A stretch of DNA of 64,000 bases from Pseudomonadota bacterium (GCA_041178425.1 JBEGVH010000009.1:64001-128000); one strand, 5' to 3'; positions 44,905-55,723 are shown, numbered from the stretch's first letter. Notes: generated by a model from the sequence alone, not told the origin. Made by a program: numbers and translations.

Positions 44905-47233
44905 CTTTCACACCGAGAGTGGGCAAAACAGGAATTCCACTTATTTCTTGTTTCTCTGCGTAATTATAGGAGTAGGTTAAACTCTCAGGATTTTTCTCAT
45001 TGGTAAGATTTTGAATATCCACATAAGCGGAGAGAATCCACGTGTCGTAAATCCACTGACGATCAATACGAAGATCGAATTGTTTAAAGTCACCATTCCT
45101 CTGACTAAAAACGGCGCCTCTTGATGGAATATACACATCATTGTCGGCATCAAATTGCGAGCCAATCACAGGCGTGTACGGGTTTCCCGTGACATACCGA
45201 AAACGTGCTCCATACCTCCATTCATTGAACTGATAACCCATAAGCAAATTCAACGAATGGGTTTGATCAAAGGCCGATGGCAATACCGGTTTACCGGGGC
45301 TCCATCGGCGGCTCTCAAGCAAAGTGTAGTTAACAATCCAAGACCAATCTTCTTTTTGGTAACGAACTTGAGTTTCGAGCCCGTGAATTCTTCCTAAACC
45401 ATTGTTGTTAAAATTCTCAAATACCTCCACGCCGTCTCGAGTCACTTTACTTGTCGATGAAACCACGAGTCGGTCCAAATCTTTGTAAAAAAGCGAACTC
45501 GAAAGTCGCCATCCATTGGTGGCCCCTTCGCGAAGGTCACGCTCCCAAGCGATGGCATAATGTTTTGCACGCTGGCTTTTTAAATCAGGATTACCGAAAT
45601 CTTCTGATAGATCTTGAGGCTGAGGAACTTGATGATAAAGTCCCGTATTGAGTCTCCACTGCTCAAAGGCCGACGACTGATAGCGTAGCGAAACTCTTGG
45701 TTGAGCCAACAGTTCTTTCGTTGGTCCGAGCTTATCCAGCCGAACTTGTGGCAAAACACTCCAAGGTGAGTCGGGATTTTGGTTAATGAAGGGCTTCCAC
45801 TCGTTCGTCCAAAAAGCACCAATGGATGCCTGACGCCCTTTCACCCGACTTTCTTTAAATTCACCGGAGGACACTGGATTTGCAATTCCCCCCTCGGAAA
45901 AAGTAACAGGAAGTCTCACACTCACATCAAACCAATCATAAAGGTTGTCAAATCCGAGCGTTGTTTTCCAGGACGAATTGATGACCGACTTGTACTCTCC
46001 CAGAGTTGTGAGAGCATTGTTTCGCAAGCGAAAATAGTTTGTTCCCAAATCAAAGGTGATATCGTTAGCACCGTAGGCCATCGAAACTTTCGCTGAATGG
46101 TCTGCGTCGATTTTACGTTCCCAACTGGGCATTATTCGATAAAACTTAGTCTCCTGATTAAAGCTTCCTCTTAATTTAGGATCATTTCCCATGGGCTCAG
46201 CTAAAACAAAAGAGAGCCGATCGTTGGAGGCAATGGTCTGGATCCTTAGCTCATCGCGCTCATTCAACTGTTTTTGATATTGGGTATGAATATCGTAAAA
46301 AGAAGGCGCAACCACCAGATCAAAGTTCTCGTTGTCTTTAGCGATTGCCTCTAGCACTTCGCCAATGTAGGAGATTCGCCCTGAAATAAGATAAGAAGAC
46401 GCTTCGTCGATTGGACCTTCTGCAAGAAAACCTGAATTAAGCGCATCAACAAAGGCCATACCATGGTGTCGGTCTGTTTTCGGCCGACGAGTATTTAAAC
46501 CAATATGCCCACCAATGGCCCGACTCCATTCGGCTCCATGGCCAGCGCTAAAGTAATCAACGCTCTCCACCGCTTCGGGAGTAATGAGAGAGGTCACGCC
46601 ACCAAAGTGAAAAATGAGCGGCACCTCATGGCCCTCAAGATGATAGCGTGTATCTTCGGGTTCGCTTCCCTGAATGACCACTCGGGCACTGCCTCCAGTG
46701 GAGCGATTGATGCCAGGCAAGTTTTGAACAGCCTTGATAGGATCTCCGTTACTACCTGGCATTTGTAAAAACTCTTCTTGAGAGAGATTTTTTTGTGCTG
46801 CTTTTTTTTCTCGAAGACCTCGCACAGTGGTCTCTTGGTAGCGGTAGGATTCTCGCTCAACAAAAAAAGTTGAATCCAATTGTGAGATCTCAGCTGACCA
46901 ACTGAGGTTTTTAGTGAATCTTTTATAGCCACTCACACTGATAACAATTTCACCCGCAAGACCTTCAAGATTAAACTCACGAAACTCAAAGCGACCTTTT
47001 TCATCCGTCACCGCTTTTAATTTGAGTGGCAACAAATAAACATTGACCATTTTGAGGGGTTGACGGGTTCCTTTTTCGAGCACCTGACCCGTGAGCTCAA
47101 GAGCCATTGCCAGTGGCCCCAAAAGGCTTACGAGAAAATAGAGCAAAAAATAGTGGCGCACGTAGTACCAGCAATTTTTTAGCCAAATATAAAGAACACT
47201 AGTTCCTTTAATCGAGAACAAAACGGTATCCAT
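44894..47233 (-). CDS. TonB-dependent outer-membrane receptor with N-terminal carboxypeptidase-regulatory-like domain
   Basis: G.V.EKGT..PL, plug D.IKAVQNLPG, beta-barrel strands, C-terminal GVKGEF; true start probably downstream. Confidence 0.9.
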   Translation of the reverse strand: MDTVLFSIKGTSVLYIWLKNCWYYVRHYFLLYFLVSLLGPLAMALELTGQVLEKGTRQPLKMVNVYLLPLKLKAVTDEKGRFEFREFNLEGLAGEIVISVSGYKRFTKNLSWSAEISQLDSTFFVERESYRYQETTVRGLREKKAAQKNLSQEEFLQMPGSNGDPIKAVQNLPGINRSTGGSARVVIQGSEPEDTRYHLEGHEVPLIFHFGGVTSLITPEAVESVDYFSAGHGAEWSRAIGGHIGLNTRRPKTDRHHGMAFVDALNSGFLAEGPIDEASSYLISGRISYIGEVLEAIAKDNENFDLVVAPSFYDIHTQYQKQLNERDELRIQTIASNDRLSFVLAEPMGNDPKLRGSFNQETKFYRIMPSWERKIDADHSAKVSMAYGANDITFDLGTNYFRLRNNALTTLGEYKSVINSSWKTTLGFDNLYDWFDVSVRLPVTFSEGGIANPVSSGEFKESRVKGRQASIGAFWTNEWKPFINQNPDSPWSVLPQVRLDKLGPTKELLAQPRVSLRYQSSAFEQWRLNTGLYHQVPQPQDLSEDFGNPDLKSQRAKHYAIAWERDLREGATNGWRLSSSLFYKDLDRLVVSSTSKVTRDGVEVFENFNNNGLGRIHGLETQVRYQKEDWSWIVNYTLLESRRWSPGKPVLPSAFDQTHSLNLLMGYQFNEWRYGARFRYVTGNPYTPVIGSQFDADNDVYIPSRGAVFSQRNGDFKQFDLRIDRQWIYDTWILSAYVDIQNLTNEKNPESLTYSYNYAEKQEISGIPVLPTLGVKGEF

Positions 47234-47867
47234 ACCTCATCCTCACTGCCACCGGCTGTTGATCGACGAGAGCGGGGCTAAACTTAAATTTTTTAATCGC
47301 ATCGAGAGCAGATTCATTGAGTCCAAATCCGGGACCACTTAATAACAGGGCTTCTCGTACATTCCCTTGCGTATCTATCAATAAATCCATGATCACAACA
47401 CCTTCTACACCTTGTGCACGAGCTTCTGCGGGATAAGGTATACGCATTTCGTTGAGTAGGCGTGGCATTTGAGTCACTAAAAAGTCATCCGTCGGCATCG
47501 GTAGAGCCTCTTCACCAGGCTTTAGCTCTTCTCGATCAACCACTGTGGCTAAAGTATTACCGGCCTTAATCCCAACAGCAGATGCCGAATCGCTGGTGAG
47601 GGTATTATTGCGAAGACCAAAAACCTTACGCGGCTGAACGGAGGGCGTCTTAACCGGCGGCTCCTGCTGACGCACATCCAAGGGCAAAGTCGCGGTGGTT
47701 ACCGTTGGAGCTTCTTTGATTTTAATGGTCACGGGCCTGGGTACGGGCGGAGGTGCAGGAGGCAGCCACTTTTGCAAAAACAGCGTCAGCAAATAGAAAA
47801 AAAGAATTCCCACCAAATGAAGGGCGGCCGACTCCCACAACGGTGAACGCCTCAAAGTATCCCTCAT
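47208..47867 (-). CDS. tonB: TonB energy transducer
   Basis: N-terminal TM with His, Pro-rich linker, YP.EAR..G.EG.V C-terminal domain. Confidence 0.88.
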   Translation of the reverse strand: MRDTLRRSPLWESAALHLVGILFFYLLTLFLQKWLPPAPPPVPRPVTIKIKEAPTVTTATLPLDVRQQEPPVKTPSVQPRKVFGLRNNTLTSDSASAVGIKAGNTLATVVDREELKPGEEALPMPTDDFLVTQMPRLLNEMRIPYPAEARAQGVEGVVIMDLLIDTQGNVREALLLSGPGFGLNESALDAIKKFKFSPALVDQQPVAVRMRYGYRFVLD

Positions 47868-48280
47868 GGCTTGGATTTCTCAACCTGTATGGCGAATTGT
47901 TGAATTCCCGATGACTTGATAATATCAATGACTCTCATCACATCACCATGGCGAGTTTCGATATCAGCACTCAAAACGGCCTGGGTCTCTGGGTTTTTGC
48001 TAAGAGAATCTAGACAAATTCCTTTTAGTCCTTCGGGTGATTGAAGTTGTCCGTTAACAACCACCTGACCCTCTTTTGTGATCACAACGGCTAAGGTCGA
48101 TAAGCTTTGGGCATCGGCTTCTGTCACCTTGGGTAATTTAAGTTGCACGATGTCTTTCATCATCATCGGTGCAGTGACGATGAATATCACCAGCAGCACC
48201 AGCACGACATCCACAAAGGGTGTAATGTTAATGTCGTTAATGCCCCCAATGTCGCTATCTTCCTTCGCTCCCATGCCCAC
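47864..48280 (-). CDS. exbD: ExbD/TolR biopolymer transport protein
   Basis: INITPFVDVVLVLLVIF, LPK, AD....HG.V. Confidence 0.9.
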   Translation of the reverse strand: MGMGAKEDSDIGGINDINITPFVDVVLVLLVIFIVTAPMMMKDIVQLKLPKVTEADAQSLSTLAVVITKEGQVVVNGQLQSPEGLKGICLDSLSKNPETQAVLSADIETRHGDVMRVIDIIKSSGIQQFAIQVEKSKP

Positions 48281-48283
48281 CGG

Positions 48284-48919
48284 TTAAGGTCTCCCTAAAA
48301 ATTGACCAATCAAAGCCTCTTTAATTGAGTCTGCTTCTCGCAAAAACTCTTGAACCCTACGGGAGTAATAATTGAAAGCCACCACTGCCGGGATAGCCAC
48401 TCCCAAACCCACCGCGGTTAAGATGAGAGCCTCGGCTAGAGAATACATAATCTTTTGAGAGTCAATTTGGCCAGTCGACAGCTCACCAAAAGACACGATG
48501 ATTCCTAAAATGGTTCCCAAGAGTCCAACAAAAGGAGACGTTGAACCCAAGGTACCAAGAACTGGGAGACCTCTTTCGAGGGCTGAGCGTTCGCGAATCC
48601 ATTGGCTTGAAATCAATCGCTCTGCGCGTTCGATCGAATCAGAATTGATCGTTGAAGAGCTTTTGCCGTTGCTGGAGGTTAGGAGTATCTGCACGAGATT
48701 GGAACGCCAACCATCCGTTGAGCGAGCCCACGCCACGAGTTCATCTTTTTGATTATTTTCAATCCACTTAAAGAGAGAATCGTTATTGCCATTTTCAGAG
48801 TAGGCTTTAAAAAAACGTCGCCGTTCAAGAATAATAGACACTGACCAAACTGACAAACCCATAAGCCCAAATAAAATCAAGCGAGCGAGCCATTCAACTA
48901 AAACTATCCATGTTGCCAA
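48284..48919 (-). CDS. exbB: ExbB/TolQ proton channel protein
   Basis: LGTLGSTSPFVGLLGT, AL..TA.GL.VAIPA. Confidence 0.9.
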   Translation of the reverse strand: MATWIVLVEWLARLILFGLMGLSVWSVSIILERRRFFKAYSENGNNDSLFKWIENNQKDELVAWARSTDGWRSNLVQILLTSSNGKSSSTINSDSIERAERLISSQWIRERSALERGLPVLGTLGSTSPFVGLLGTILGIIVSFGELSTGQIDSQKIMYSLAEALILTAVGLGVAIPAVVAFNYYSRRVQEFLREADSIKEALIGQFLGRP

Positions 48920-48983
48920 CGGACACCTCCATGGTTTCCATTCTCAGGCTATTTTCATGGAGCTAGTATGGCAAGCTTAAACT

Positions 48984-49511
48984 CTAGTCACAATTCACGG
49001 GATCGAAAGTATCAATTGATTCTCCATTGTAGACATCAACACCTGACGGTGTTGCAAAACAAATTTCATCGGAATTTGACGTTTCACGTCTCATTTTTGC
49101 GAAGGAACTTCGATTGTAACTTTCTACCGTTGCCGTGGTTGGAATACTCAGCGTCAGCGTGCGGCCATCACCCTTTGTAGTGGTCGTCGTTGAGTTGCTA
49201 GTGATCGTGGCTTTCACCACGGTGTCAAAGGAGCAATGGGAGTAGGTCTCACTGATACTTTTACAATCACCAACGAACTGAGTTGCCGCAGGAACCCCTT
49301 CATTCACATCGCCTTGAACAAGAATGCCCATGGCCTTATAGGTATCTTTCAAATTGGTCACTTTAAGTTTGTAATGAAGACAGGGTTTCGTTGCCGGAGT
49401 GCACGTGACCTGAATGGAGCTTGCATAGTCTTGGGCCAAATTGGAGCAATTCTGAAAACAAACCATCGTACTTAACAGTATGATTCCAATAAGAATAGTT
49501 TTAAAAAGCAT
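48984..49511 (-). CDS. Hypothetical lipoprotein (Bdellovibrio-type FQNC lipobox)
   Basis: Hydrophobic signal followed by FQNCS; several Cys. Confidence 0.65.
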   Translation of the reverse strand: MLFKTILIGIILLSTMVCFQNCSNLAQDYASSIQVTCTPATKPCLHYKLKVTNLKDTYKAMGILVQGDVNEGVPAATQFVGDCKSISETYSHCSFDTVVKATITSNSTTTTTKGDGRTLTLSIPTTATVESYNRSSFAKMRRETSNSDEICFATPSGVDVYNGESIDTFDPVNCD

Positions 49512-49577
49512 AGGTTAATTTTGTTTGATTTGAGCGACTCCGTCAATGCGCTATCTCAAATTAATACGCCACCAGAA

Positions 49578-50754
49578 GGGGACGGAGTCTAAACTCCCAA
49601 CTTTCCTCACCATTTCATTCAAATAAATCGTCCGCCCCTTTTTTTTTGCCGCAAATCAATCCATTCTCCACATTCAAACCTTCGAAAACTCTCACACCCC
49701 ACCCACTTCCACACTTCTAAGTTCGCTCTGCTGGGCCAACTTAAAAATATTTACTCAAATTCAGCTTATTTACCTTAAATTAAACGTAATCCTCCATTGC
49801 GTGCCTCCATCAATGAGCCTCGCTTAGGTGTCTTAATTAAAAATCGAATTCACACGGCCGCATCTACGCAGAGTCATTGATCGGACTTTCACCATCGAAC
49901 TCAACCGCTGGAACTTGATGGGCAACTTGGCTTGCTATCTTTTTAATTTTAGCAACAACCTCTAAGATCCAAATCGCATCGCCGATAAAGGCCTTTTTGT
50001 ACATCTGCGAATTGCTGGAGCTATACTCACCGAGGTAGGTGCGAAAGAGTTTGCGATACTTTACTTGTCGTTCCCTCAAGGTTCTCCCCAGCCTCAGATA
50101 CCATTCGGGAGGAGTCAGGAGATGAGTGAACTTTGTTCGCTTGCCGTAGGCGTAAAAGCCATAACTTGAGTAAACATAGTCTTTGAGATTTTCGAGAGTG
50201 CGAACCCCCGCACGAATTGGGTTCGCCTCAACATAGAATTGAACGCGCATTTCGTGTTCGGGATTTTGAATCAGAGGAGTTTTAGGGCGCCCCTCGGCAA
50301 CTTTACCACTCCTGCGGTTCGAACGATTATACCAAATACCAAATAAGGCATGCTGTTGCCTCATCAAACGGGAGAGATTGGGGGAACCATCGGAGTATCC
50401 CACCACCTGATGGAAATGATTGCTCATCGCACAGTAGGCATTAATGACACACTTTTCTTTGAGCTTAGTGGTTTGAAACGATGGTTTGTGTTCGAGGCCG
50501 CGCTCGAGACACTCAAAGTACATGTCTTTGAAACGATTAGATTGGAGGTAGTACTCCTTATTATGGCAGCGCCAGTAGAGGTGAACTTTGCCGGTGATGG
50601 GATATAGCTGTTGGGAACGATTGATTCTCATGGAGGACACAGAGAAGCAAATTGCGTGAAAAGGTGGGAATCAACATAGGGGAAAATAGTGACCGAAAGG
50701 ACAGGTGGGACGACTGATATCGGATGTTTAGAACGGATGTCGGACTCCGTCCCC
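49578..50754. mobile_element. RAYT/Y1 transposase locus bounded by 12-bp inverted repeats
   Basis: GGGGACGGAGTC at 49578-49589 and its reverse complement GACTCCGTCCCC at 50743-50754 flank the transposase; adjacent to the tRNA-Pro 3' end. Confidence 0.6.
49864..50640 (-). CDS. REP-associated tyrosine transposase (RAYT, IS200/IS605 Y1 HUH superfamily)
   Basis: H...RCHNK, YCAMSNHFH (HUH), YVEANPIRAG (catalytic Tyr), YSSY. Confidence 0.88.
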   Translation of the reverse strand: MSSMRINRSQQLYPITGKVHLYWRCHNKEYYLQSNRFKDMYFECLERGLEHKPSFQTTKLKEKCVINAYCAMSNHFHQVVGYSDGSPNLSRLMRQQHALFGIWYNRSNRRSGKVAEGRPKTPLIQNPEHEMRVQFYVEANPIRAGVRTLENLKDYVYSSYGFYAYGKRTKFTHLLTPPEWYLRLGRTLRERQVKYRKLFRTYLGEYSSSNSQMYKKAFIGDAIWILEVVAKIKKIASQVAHQVPAVEFDGESPINDSA

Positions 50755-50795
50755 GTTCGAGGAGAGGAGGAGGAGGGTTTTGGTCTTTTTAAAAT

Positions 50796-50872
50796 TGGTC
50801 GGACCGAGCGGATTTGAACCGCCGACCTCTTGCACCCCAAGCAAGCGCTCTACCAAGCTGAGCCACGGTCCG
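50796..50872 (-). tRNA. tRNA-Pro(GGG)
   Basis: Minus strand CGGACCG-TGGCTCAGCTTGGTAGAGC-G-CTTGC TT GGG GT GCAAG...GGTTCAAATCC...CGGTCCG-ACCA; 77 nt with encoded CCA. Confidence 0.97.
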
Positions 50873-50950
50873 ACACAAAAAGTATTTATAATTTACTTAA
50901 GCTAAATCTTTCCCTTTGTCTATAAAGATACTGCTGCGCTAACTAACAGA

Positions 50951-51295
50951 TCAATCTTCGTCGTCGTCTTCAACAACTCCGGCGATATCTTCACCATTTA
51001 ACATAGCCTTTAGCACTTGACTCGGGCGAAACGTAAGAACGTGTCGAGCGCTAATGGTGATCTGATCACCCGTTTGAGGATTGCGCCCAATACGAGATCG
51101 CTTTGAGCGTACCACAAAGTTTCCAAACCCAGAGATCTTTACTTTTTCACCAGTCGTAATGCTTTCTTTGAGAGTCGCAAAAATAAGCTCAACGAGATCG
51201 GCGGCTTCTTTCTTTGAAAACCCAAGATTCTCATACACCTTCTCTACTAGATCAGCTTTTGTCACTGTGTTGTGACTTGTGTTTTGACCGCCCAT
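50951..51295 (-). CDS. ihfA: Integration host factor alpha
   Basis: TKADL, VKISGFGNF, GRNPQTG, TFRPS; follows pheT. Confidence 0.92.
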   Translation of the reverse strand: MGGQNTSHNTVTKADLVEKVYENLGFSKKEAADLVELIFATLKESITTGEKVKISGFGNFVVRSKRSRIGRNPQTGDQITISARHVLTFRPSQVLKAMLNGEDIAGVVEDDDED

Positions 51296-51343
51296 AGTCT
51301 GCTCCCTCTAATAACAATTCCCTGTCATTTCAATCAGTATGAC

Positions 51344-53779
51344 CTATCGAACCTGAATTTCCCAACGTTTTTTTAAACTTGCAAGAATAGCATCAACAGA
51401 TTCTTGTACCTGAGCGTCAGTCAACGTGGCCTCGAGATTTTGGTATCTTAGCCGATAAGCCACAGACTTTTGCCCCTCTGGCAATTTATCTCCCTCATAC
51501 ACATCGAAAACACTCACCGACTGAAGGTTTGCTCCACCCGTTTTTTGAATTTCTTGCTGAACCGCTCCTGCGCCTAAATTTTTAGACATCACCAGAGCCA
51601 AATCTCGATCAACCGCCTGGAACTTTGAAATGGGTCTAACAAATTGAGTTCGCCCCAATCCCTTTAAGAGAGTTTCAGCTTCAAATTCAAATATCGCAGA
51701 ATCTGTACGAACTTTTAATTCCTCTCTCAGCGATGGATGAAGAGTTCCCAAGAAACCAATCTTCTTTCCTTCCAATTGCAAAACGACGGACTGCCCCGGA
51801 TGCAAAAACTCCGGAAGAGCACCCACTTCACTCCCCTTAATCCACTGCCAACCACGAAACCCCAGTGTGGTTAAGATTTCCTCAACCACTCGCTTAAGAT
51901 CCATCACTACCGGAGTATTAAGTGCTGCCGTCCACAAATTTTGTTGCCAACCCCAAGCAATCCCTGCCCAGCGAAGTTTTTCTTGGTAGGCCCCATCGAC
52001 GGTATCAAAAACAGTTCCGATCTCAAAGAGTCGTCCAAATTCGACACCATGGTGAAAATTGTGATGAAGATTATCAACCAGCCCCATACTCAGTGTGGTT
52101 CTCATTACATCCAAATGTTCATTGAGAGGATTAACAAGCCGCACCGGCTGCTGAAAGCCCTGGAGACCCGACTTTACAAAGGCATCCATATTGCTTGTAA
52201 ACTTTTTTTGTTTTTCTGTTGAAACGAAGGCAAAGTTCAAAGCCTGACTGTAACCAAGTCCAGTCATCAGCTCGACCATATGACACTGAAAACGATACCC
52301 GAGATCATGAGCTGTGGGCGGAGTTCCTAGCGCAGGAAGCGTTTCTGGAATATGCTCGTACCCATTTAGCCTAGCGTACTCCTCGACGAGATCCATGTCG
52401 ATCTCAAGGTCAAAACGCCATGTCGGTGGTTGAATTTTGTAGGCCTCACCCACTTTTTCAATCTGGCAACCCAAACGAATCATCCACGATTCGAACTTTG
52501 CAATATCGATCGCATAGCCAAGACGATCAGAAACGGTGCCAGGAAGAATTTCAATTGTCGACCGAACAGCCTCTTGGCTCTTTACTTCGAATACCTTCGA
52601 AGCCACCTGACCACCAGCCACCTCTAATAACAAACCCGTTGCGCGATTGAGCGCTTCGATCGTGTGGGTCGGATCGACCCCTCGAGAGAACCGATAACCG
52701 GAGTCAGTGTTTAAACCGTGGTTACGTGCACCTCTTCGCACAAACTGAGGAGCAAAATAGGCCGCCTCAAGAAAAATATCTTGAGTATCATCTTGAACTC
52801 CTGAGTTTTTTCCACCAATCACACCGCCCATACAAAGCGATCGATTAGCATCCTGAATCATAAGTTCTTCACCACGCAAGTTCAGCTCAGTGCCATCAAG
52901 CGTAACAAACTTCTCATTGGCCTGAGCTTTACCAATTCGCAACCGCCCACCCTGAATCTGACGAAGATCAAAAGCATGAAGAGGCTGACCCCACTCCATC
53001 ATCACGTAGTTAGTCACATCCACAACATTATTAATAGAATTGAGACCAACCGTTTCGAGGCGTTTTTTTAGCCAATCAGGACTTGGCCCAACTTTCACAC
53101 CGCGAATGATTCTCCCCGTATAGCGCGGACACATCTCGGGTGCAGCTACCTCAATGCCAAAATCCATCCCAACACCGGTAGGCGAGTACTCTTTGAGCTC
53201 ACTGGTTTTAAAAGGGCGATCAAGCAAACAAGCAATCTCCCGAGCTAAACCAATATGACTTAAGCAGTCGGCGCGATTTGGTGTTACCTTCAACTCAAAA
53301 GTAACGTCATTAAAACCGGCAAAATCGGCAAAGCTCTTACCGATTGGAGCATCCTCAGCGAGAATCGCAATGCCATCACTCGTGTCTGCTAAACCAAGTT
53401 CCTTGTAAGAACAAAGCATTCCCCCTGAAGCCACACCACGAATCACTGAATTTTTAATGGCAAAATTACCCGGAAGCACAGCCCCCGGCAGAGCTACAAT
53501 GACTCGATCTTGAGCTTTGTGGTTTTTAGCACCACAAACAATTTGATGTACAATCCCTTCACCCGTTGTCACTTTGCAGACCGTTAATTTGTCGGCATCG
53601 GGATGTTTGTCTTTTTCGAGAATCATTCCAACTTGAACAAAGCGATACTGCTGCGACAAATCGTGAATCTCTTCTACTTCTAACCCCGCTGCCGTCAGTA
53701 GGTTTGCCAGCTGAAGAGGACGATCAAAATATTCTTTTACATCTACGAATTCATTGAGCCATTTTAGTGAAATCTTCAT
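51344..53779 (-). CDS. pheT: Phenylalanine-tRNA ligase beta subunit
   Basis: MKISLKWL, HPDADKL, TPNRADCLS, DLVEEYAR, RDLA...KSVAY. Confidence 0.97.
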   Translation of the reverse strand: MKISLKWLNEFVDVKEYFDRPLQLANLLTAAGLEVEEIHDLSQQYRFVQVGMILEKDKHPDADKLTVCKVTTGEGIVHQIVCGAKNHKAQDRVIVALPGAVLPGNFAIKNSVIRGVASGGMLCSYKELGLADTSDGIAILAEDAPIGKSFADFAGFNDVTFELKVTPNRADCLSHIGLAREIACLLDRPFKTSELKEYSPTGVGMDFGIEVAAPEMCPRYTGRIIRGVKVGPSPDWLKKRLETVGLNSINNVVDVTNYVMMEWGQPLHAFDLRQIQGGRLRIGKAQANEKFVTLDGTELNLRGEELMIQDANRSLCMGGVIGGKNSGVQDDTQDIFLEAAYFAPQFVRRGARNHGLNTDSGYRFSRGVDPTHTIEALNRATGLLLEVAGGQVASKVFEVKSQEAVRSTIEILPGTVSDRLGYAIDIAKFESWMIRLGCQIEKVGEAYKIQPPTWRFDLEIDMDLVEEYARLNGYEHIPETLPALGTPPTAHDLGYRFQCHMVELMTGLGYSQALNFAFVSTEKQKKFTSNMDAFVKSGLQGFQQPVRLVNPLNEHLDVMRTTLSMGLVDNLHHNFHHGVEFGRLFEIGTVFDTVDGAYQEKLRWAGIAWGWQQNLWTAALNTPVVMDLKRVVEEILTTLGFRGWQWIKGSEVGALPEFLHPGQSVVLQLEGKKIGFLGTLHPSLREELKVRTDSAIFEFEAETLLKGLGRTQFVRPISKFQAVDRDLALVMSKNLGAGAVQQEIQKTGGANLQSVSVFDVYEGDKLPEGQKSVAYRLRYQNLEATLTDAQVQESVDAILASLKKRWEIQVR

Positions 53780-53788
53780 ATTTGCGCC

Positions 53789-54814
53789 TTACTTATTAAA
53801 CTGCTGAAGGAAGCGGAGATCGTTTTCTGGAAACAAACGGATGTCGGGAATACCATACTTAATAATGGCCATTCTTTCGACCCCAAATCCAAACGCGAAT
53901 CCCTGCCAGTCGGGATATTTAACACCCGCAGCCTGAAAGACACGAGGATTGATCAGGCCTGCGCCTCCGATTTCGATCCATCCCGATTGTTTACACAACG
54001 AACAACCATCACCTTTACAGATCGGACAAGAACAATCCACCTCTGCTGAAGGCTCAGTAAATGGGAAAAAGCTCGGACGAAAGCGAGTTTTCAACCCCGA
54101 ACCAAAGAATTCTTGCACAAAAAAACTGATGGTACCTTTGAGATCGGCCATCGAAACTTTACGATCTACACACATTCCTTCGATTTGATGAAAGTGAGGT
54201 AAATGTGAAATATCGCTATCACAACGAAAAACACCGCCAGTTCCAATGATTCGCAAAGGCGGTTTTTCAAGCTCAAGGGAGTGAATCTGAATAGGCGAAG
54301 TGTGCGTGCGAAGCACATGCATTCCATCCACAAAAAAAGTGTCTTGCATATCTCGCGCAGGGTGATCGGCAGGGATATTGAGCGCTTCAAAATTATATTT
54401 GTCTTTTTCGATGATCGGACCCGTTCGCAAACTGTAACCCAGGCGAGCCATAATTTGAAAGATTTCTTCTGTCACCTTTTGCACTGGATGAGGATGCCCC
54501 AACTCTCGGGGCCAAGATGGCAAAGTGAGATCCATCTCTTCTGCCGAAAGGCGGCTTTGGATCTCAGCTCTCTTAAGAGTCTCTTCACATTGTGTGTAAA
54601 TCTCTTCGAGATAACTCTTTACCTCATTGACGGCTTTTCCAAACAACGGCTTTTCTTCTTTGGGAAGAGTGGCCATTTTTTTCATGGCCTCGGTGAGGAG
54701 ACCATTTTTGCCGAGGAAGCGAACCTTTTGCTCATAGAGAGCAGCGGTTGATTTCGCTTCGGTGAATGATAACTGGGCTTCTTTTTTAATTTGTTCTAAA
54801 CTTTCTAAAGACAT
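53789..54814 (-). CDS. pheS: Phenylalanine-tRNA ligase alpha subunit
   Basis: [39 protein letters not shown]. Confidence 0.97.
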   Translation of the reverse strand: MSLESLEQIKKEAQLSFTEAKSTAALYEQKVRFLGKNGLLTEAMKKMATLPKEEKPLFGKAVNEVKSYLEEIYTQCEETLKRAEIQSRLSAEEMDLTLPSWPRELGHPHPVQKVTEEIFQIMARLGYSLRTGPIIEKDKYNFEALNIPADHPARDMQDTFFVDGMHVLRTHTSPIQIHSLELEKPPLRIIGTGGVFRCDSDISHLPHFHQIEGMCVDRKVSMADLKGTISFFVQEFFGSGLKTRFRPSFFPFTEPSAEVDCSCPICKGDGCSLCKQSGWIEIGGAGLINPRVFQAAGVKYPDWQGFAFGFGVERMAIIKYGIPDIRLFPENDLRFLQQFNK

Positions 54815-54901
54815 AGGCGGCCAGTCTATCGAATCCAGGGGCGAAGATCACTAAGCAGTTCTGCGTGACATTCTGCAAAAATTCCGGCATCACTTCACTC
54901 T

Positions 54902-55723
54902 ATGGCTCATAAGAACAAAACGAACTACAGCCCCTACAAGGCTCGGCAAAAAGAGGGTTCCCTGAGTGCTCGCCCCAAACTGGGCAAGCACCGCGCACCC
55001 GACAAAGTTTACCCCCTTGAAGAAGCCAATGATCGCCTTTACGACCTTTTCAGAAACCATGGTTTTGGCGACTATCCTCATGCCAAACGCCGACAACTCG
55101 CCCATTTTTATAGCCTCTTGATGGAAGTTCAAAGCAAAGAGAACTTCACTCGCCTCACCAGCGTACGTGACGTCGGCCTCAAACACTTTATTGATTGCCT
55201 CATGATCCCTCGCCTTACAAAGTTGCAGTTTCCACTGATGGATGTGGGAACAGGCCCCGGGTTTCCGGGTGTTCCCCTAAAGATTGAATTCCCCGAAGAG
55301 CCAATCATCTTGGCCGAGGGCGTTCAACGGCGAGTGGAGTTTTTAAAGCATGTTCGCGAGGCGATGGACTTACCCAATCTCCCCATCCTCGGTCGCAATA
55401 TCAATCCTGAATGCTTTTACCCCGTTAATGGGGTGATCACCCGAGCGGTTGAGGATCTCCGCAACACCCTTGGCAATGTGATTCACTGCCTTCAACTCGG
55501 AGGTAGAGCCTATTTTATGAAAGGCCCCGGTGTTGACCCTGAAATCCCCATGGCTCTTGAAACCTGGGGTGAATTCTATAAACTGGTAGAAGATCACAAG
55601 TACACGCTCCCCCAAACAGATCAAGAACGACGCTTGGTAGTTTTTGAAAAAATTAAATCTCCACCGGTCAGCGATGAATTTCTTGAGAGCCTCGGGCTCC
55701 CTGACGACGACAATGAGGACTAG
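54902..55723 (+). CDS. rsmG: 16S rRNA m7G527 methyltransferase (GidB) with basic N-terminal extension
   Basis: NFTR, KHFIDCL, DVGTGPGFPG, TRAV, MKG. Confidence 0.85.
   Translation: MAHKNKTNYSPYKARQKEGSLSARPKLGKHRAPDKVYPLEEANDRLYDLFRNHGFGDYPHAKRRQLAHFYSLLMEVQSKENFTRLTSVRDVGLKHFIDCLMIPRLTKLQFPLMDVGTGPGFPGVPLKIEFPEEPIILAEGVQRRVEFLKHVREAMDLPNLPILGRNINPECFYPVNGVITRAVEDLRNTLGNVIHCLQLGGRAYFMKGPGVDPEIPMALETWGEFYKLVEDHKYTLPQTDQERRLVVFEKIKSPPVSDEFLESLGLPDDDNED

Noticed and set aside
50628..50840. 70-aa ORF upstream of the transposase
   Set aside because: It overlaps tRNA-Pro and the inverted repeat; spurious.
50796..50872. Prophage or integrative element at tRNA-Pro
   Set aside because: No integrase, phage genes or duplicated tRNA 3' end was seen in the window.
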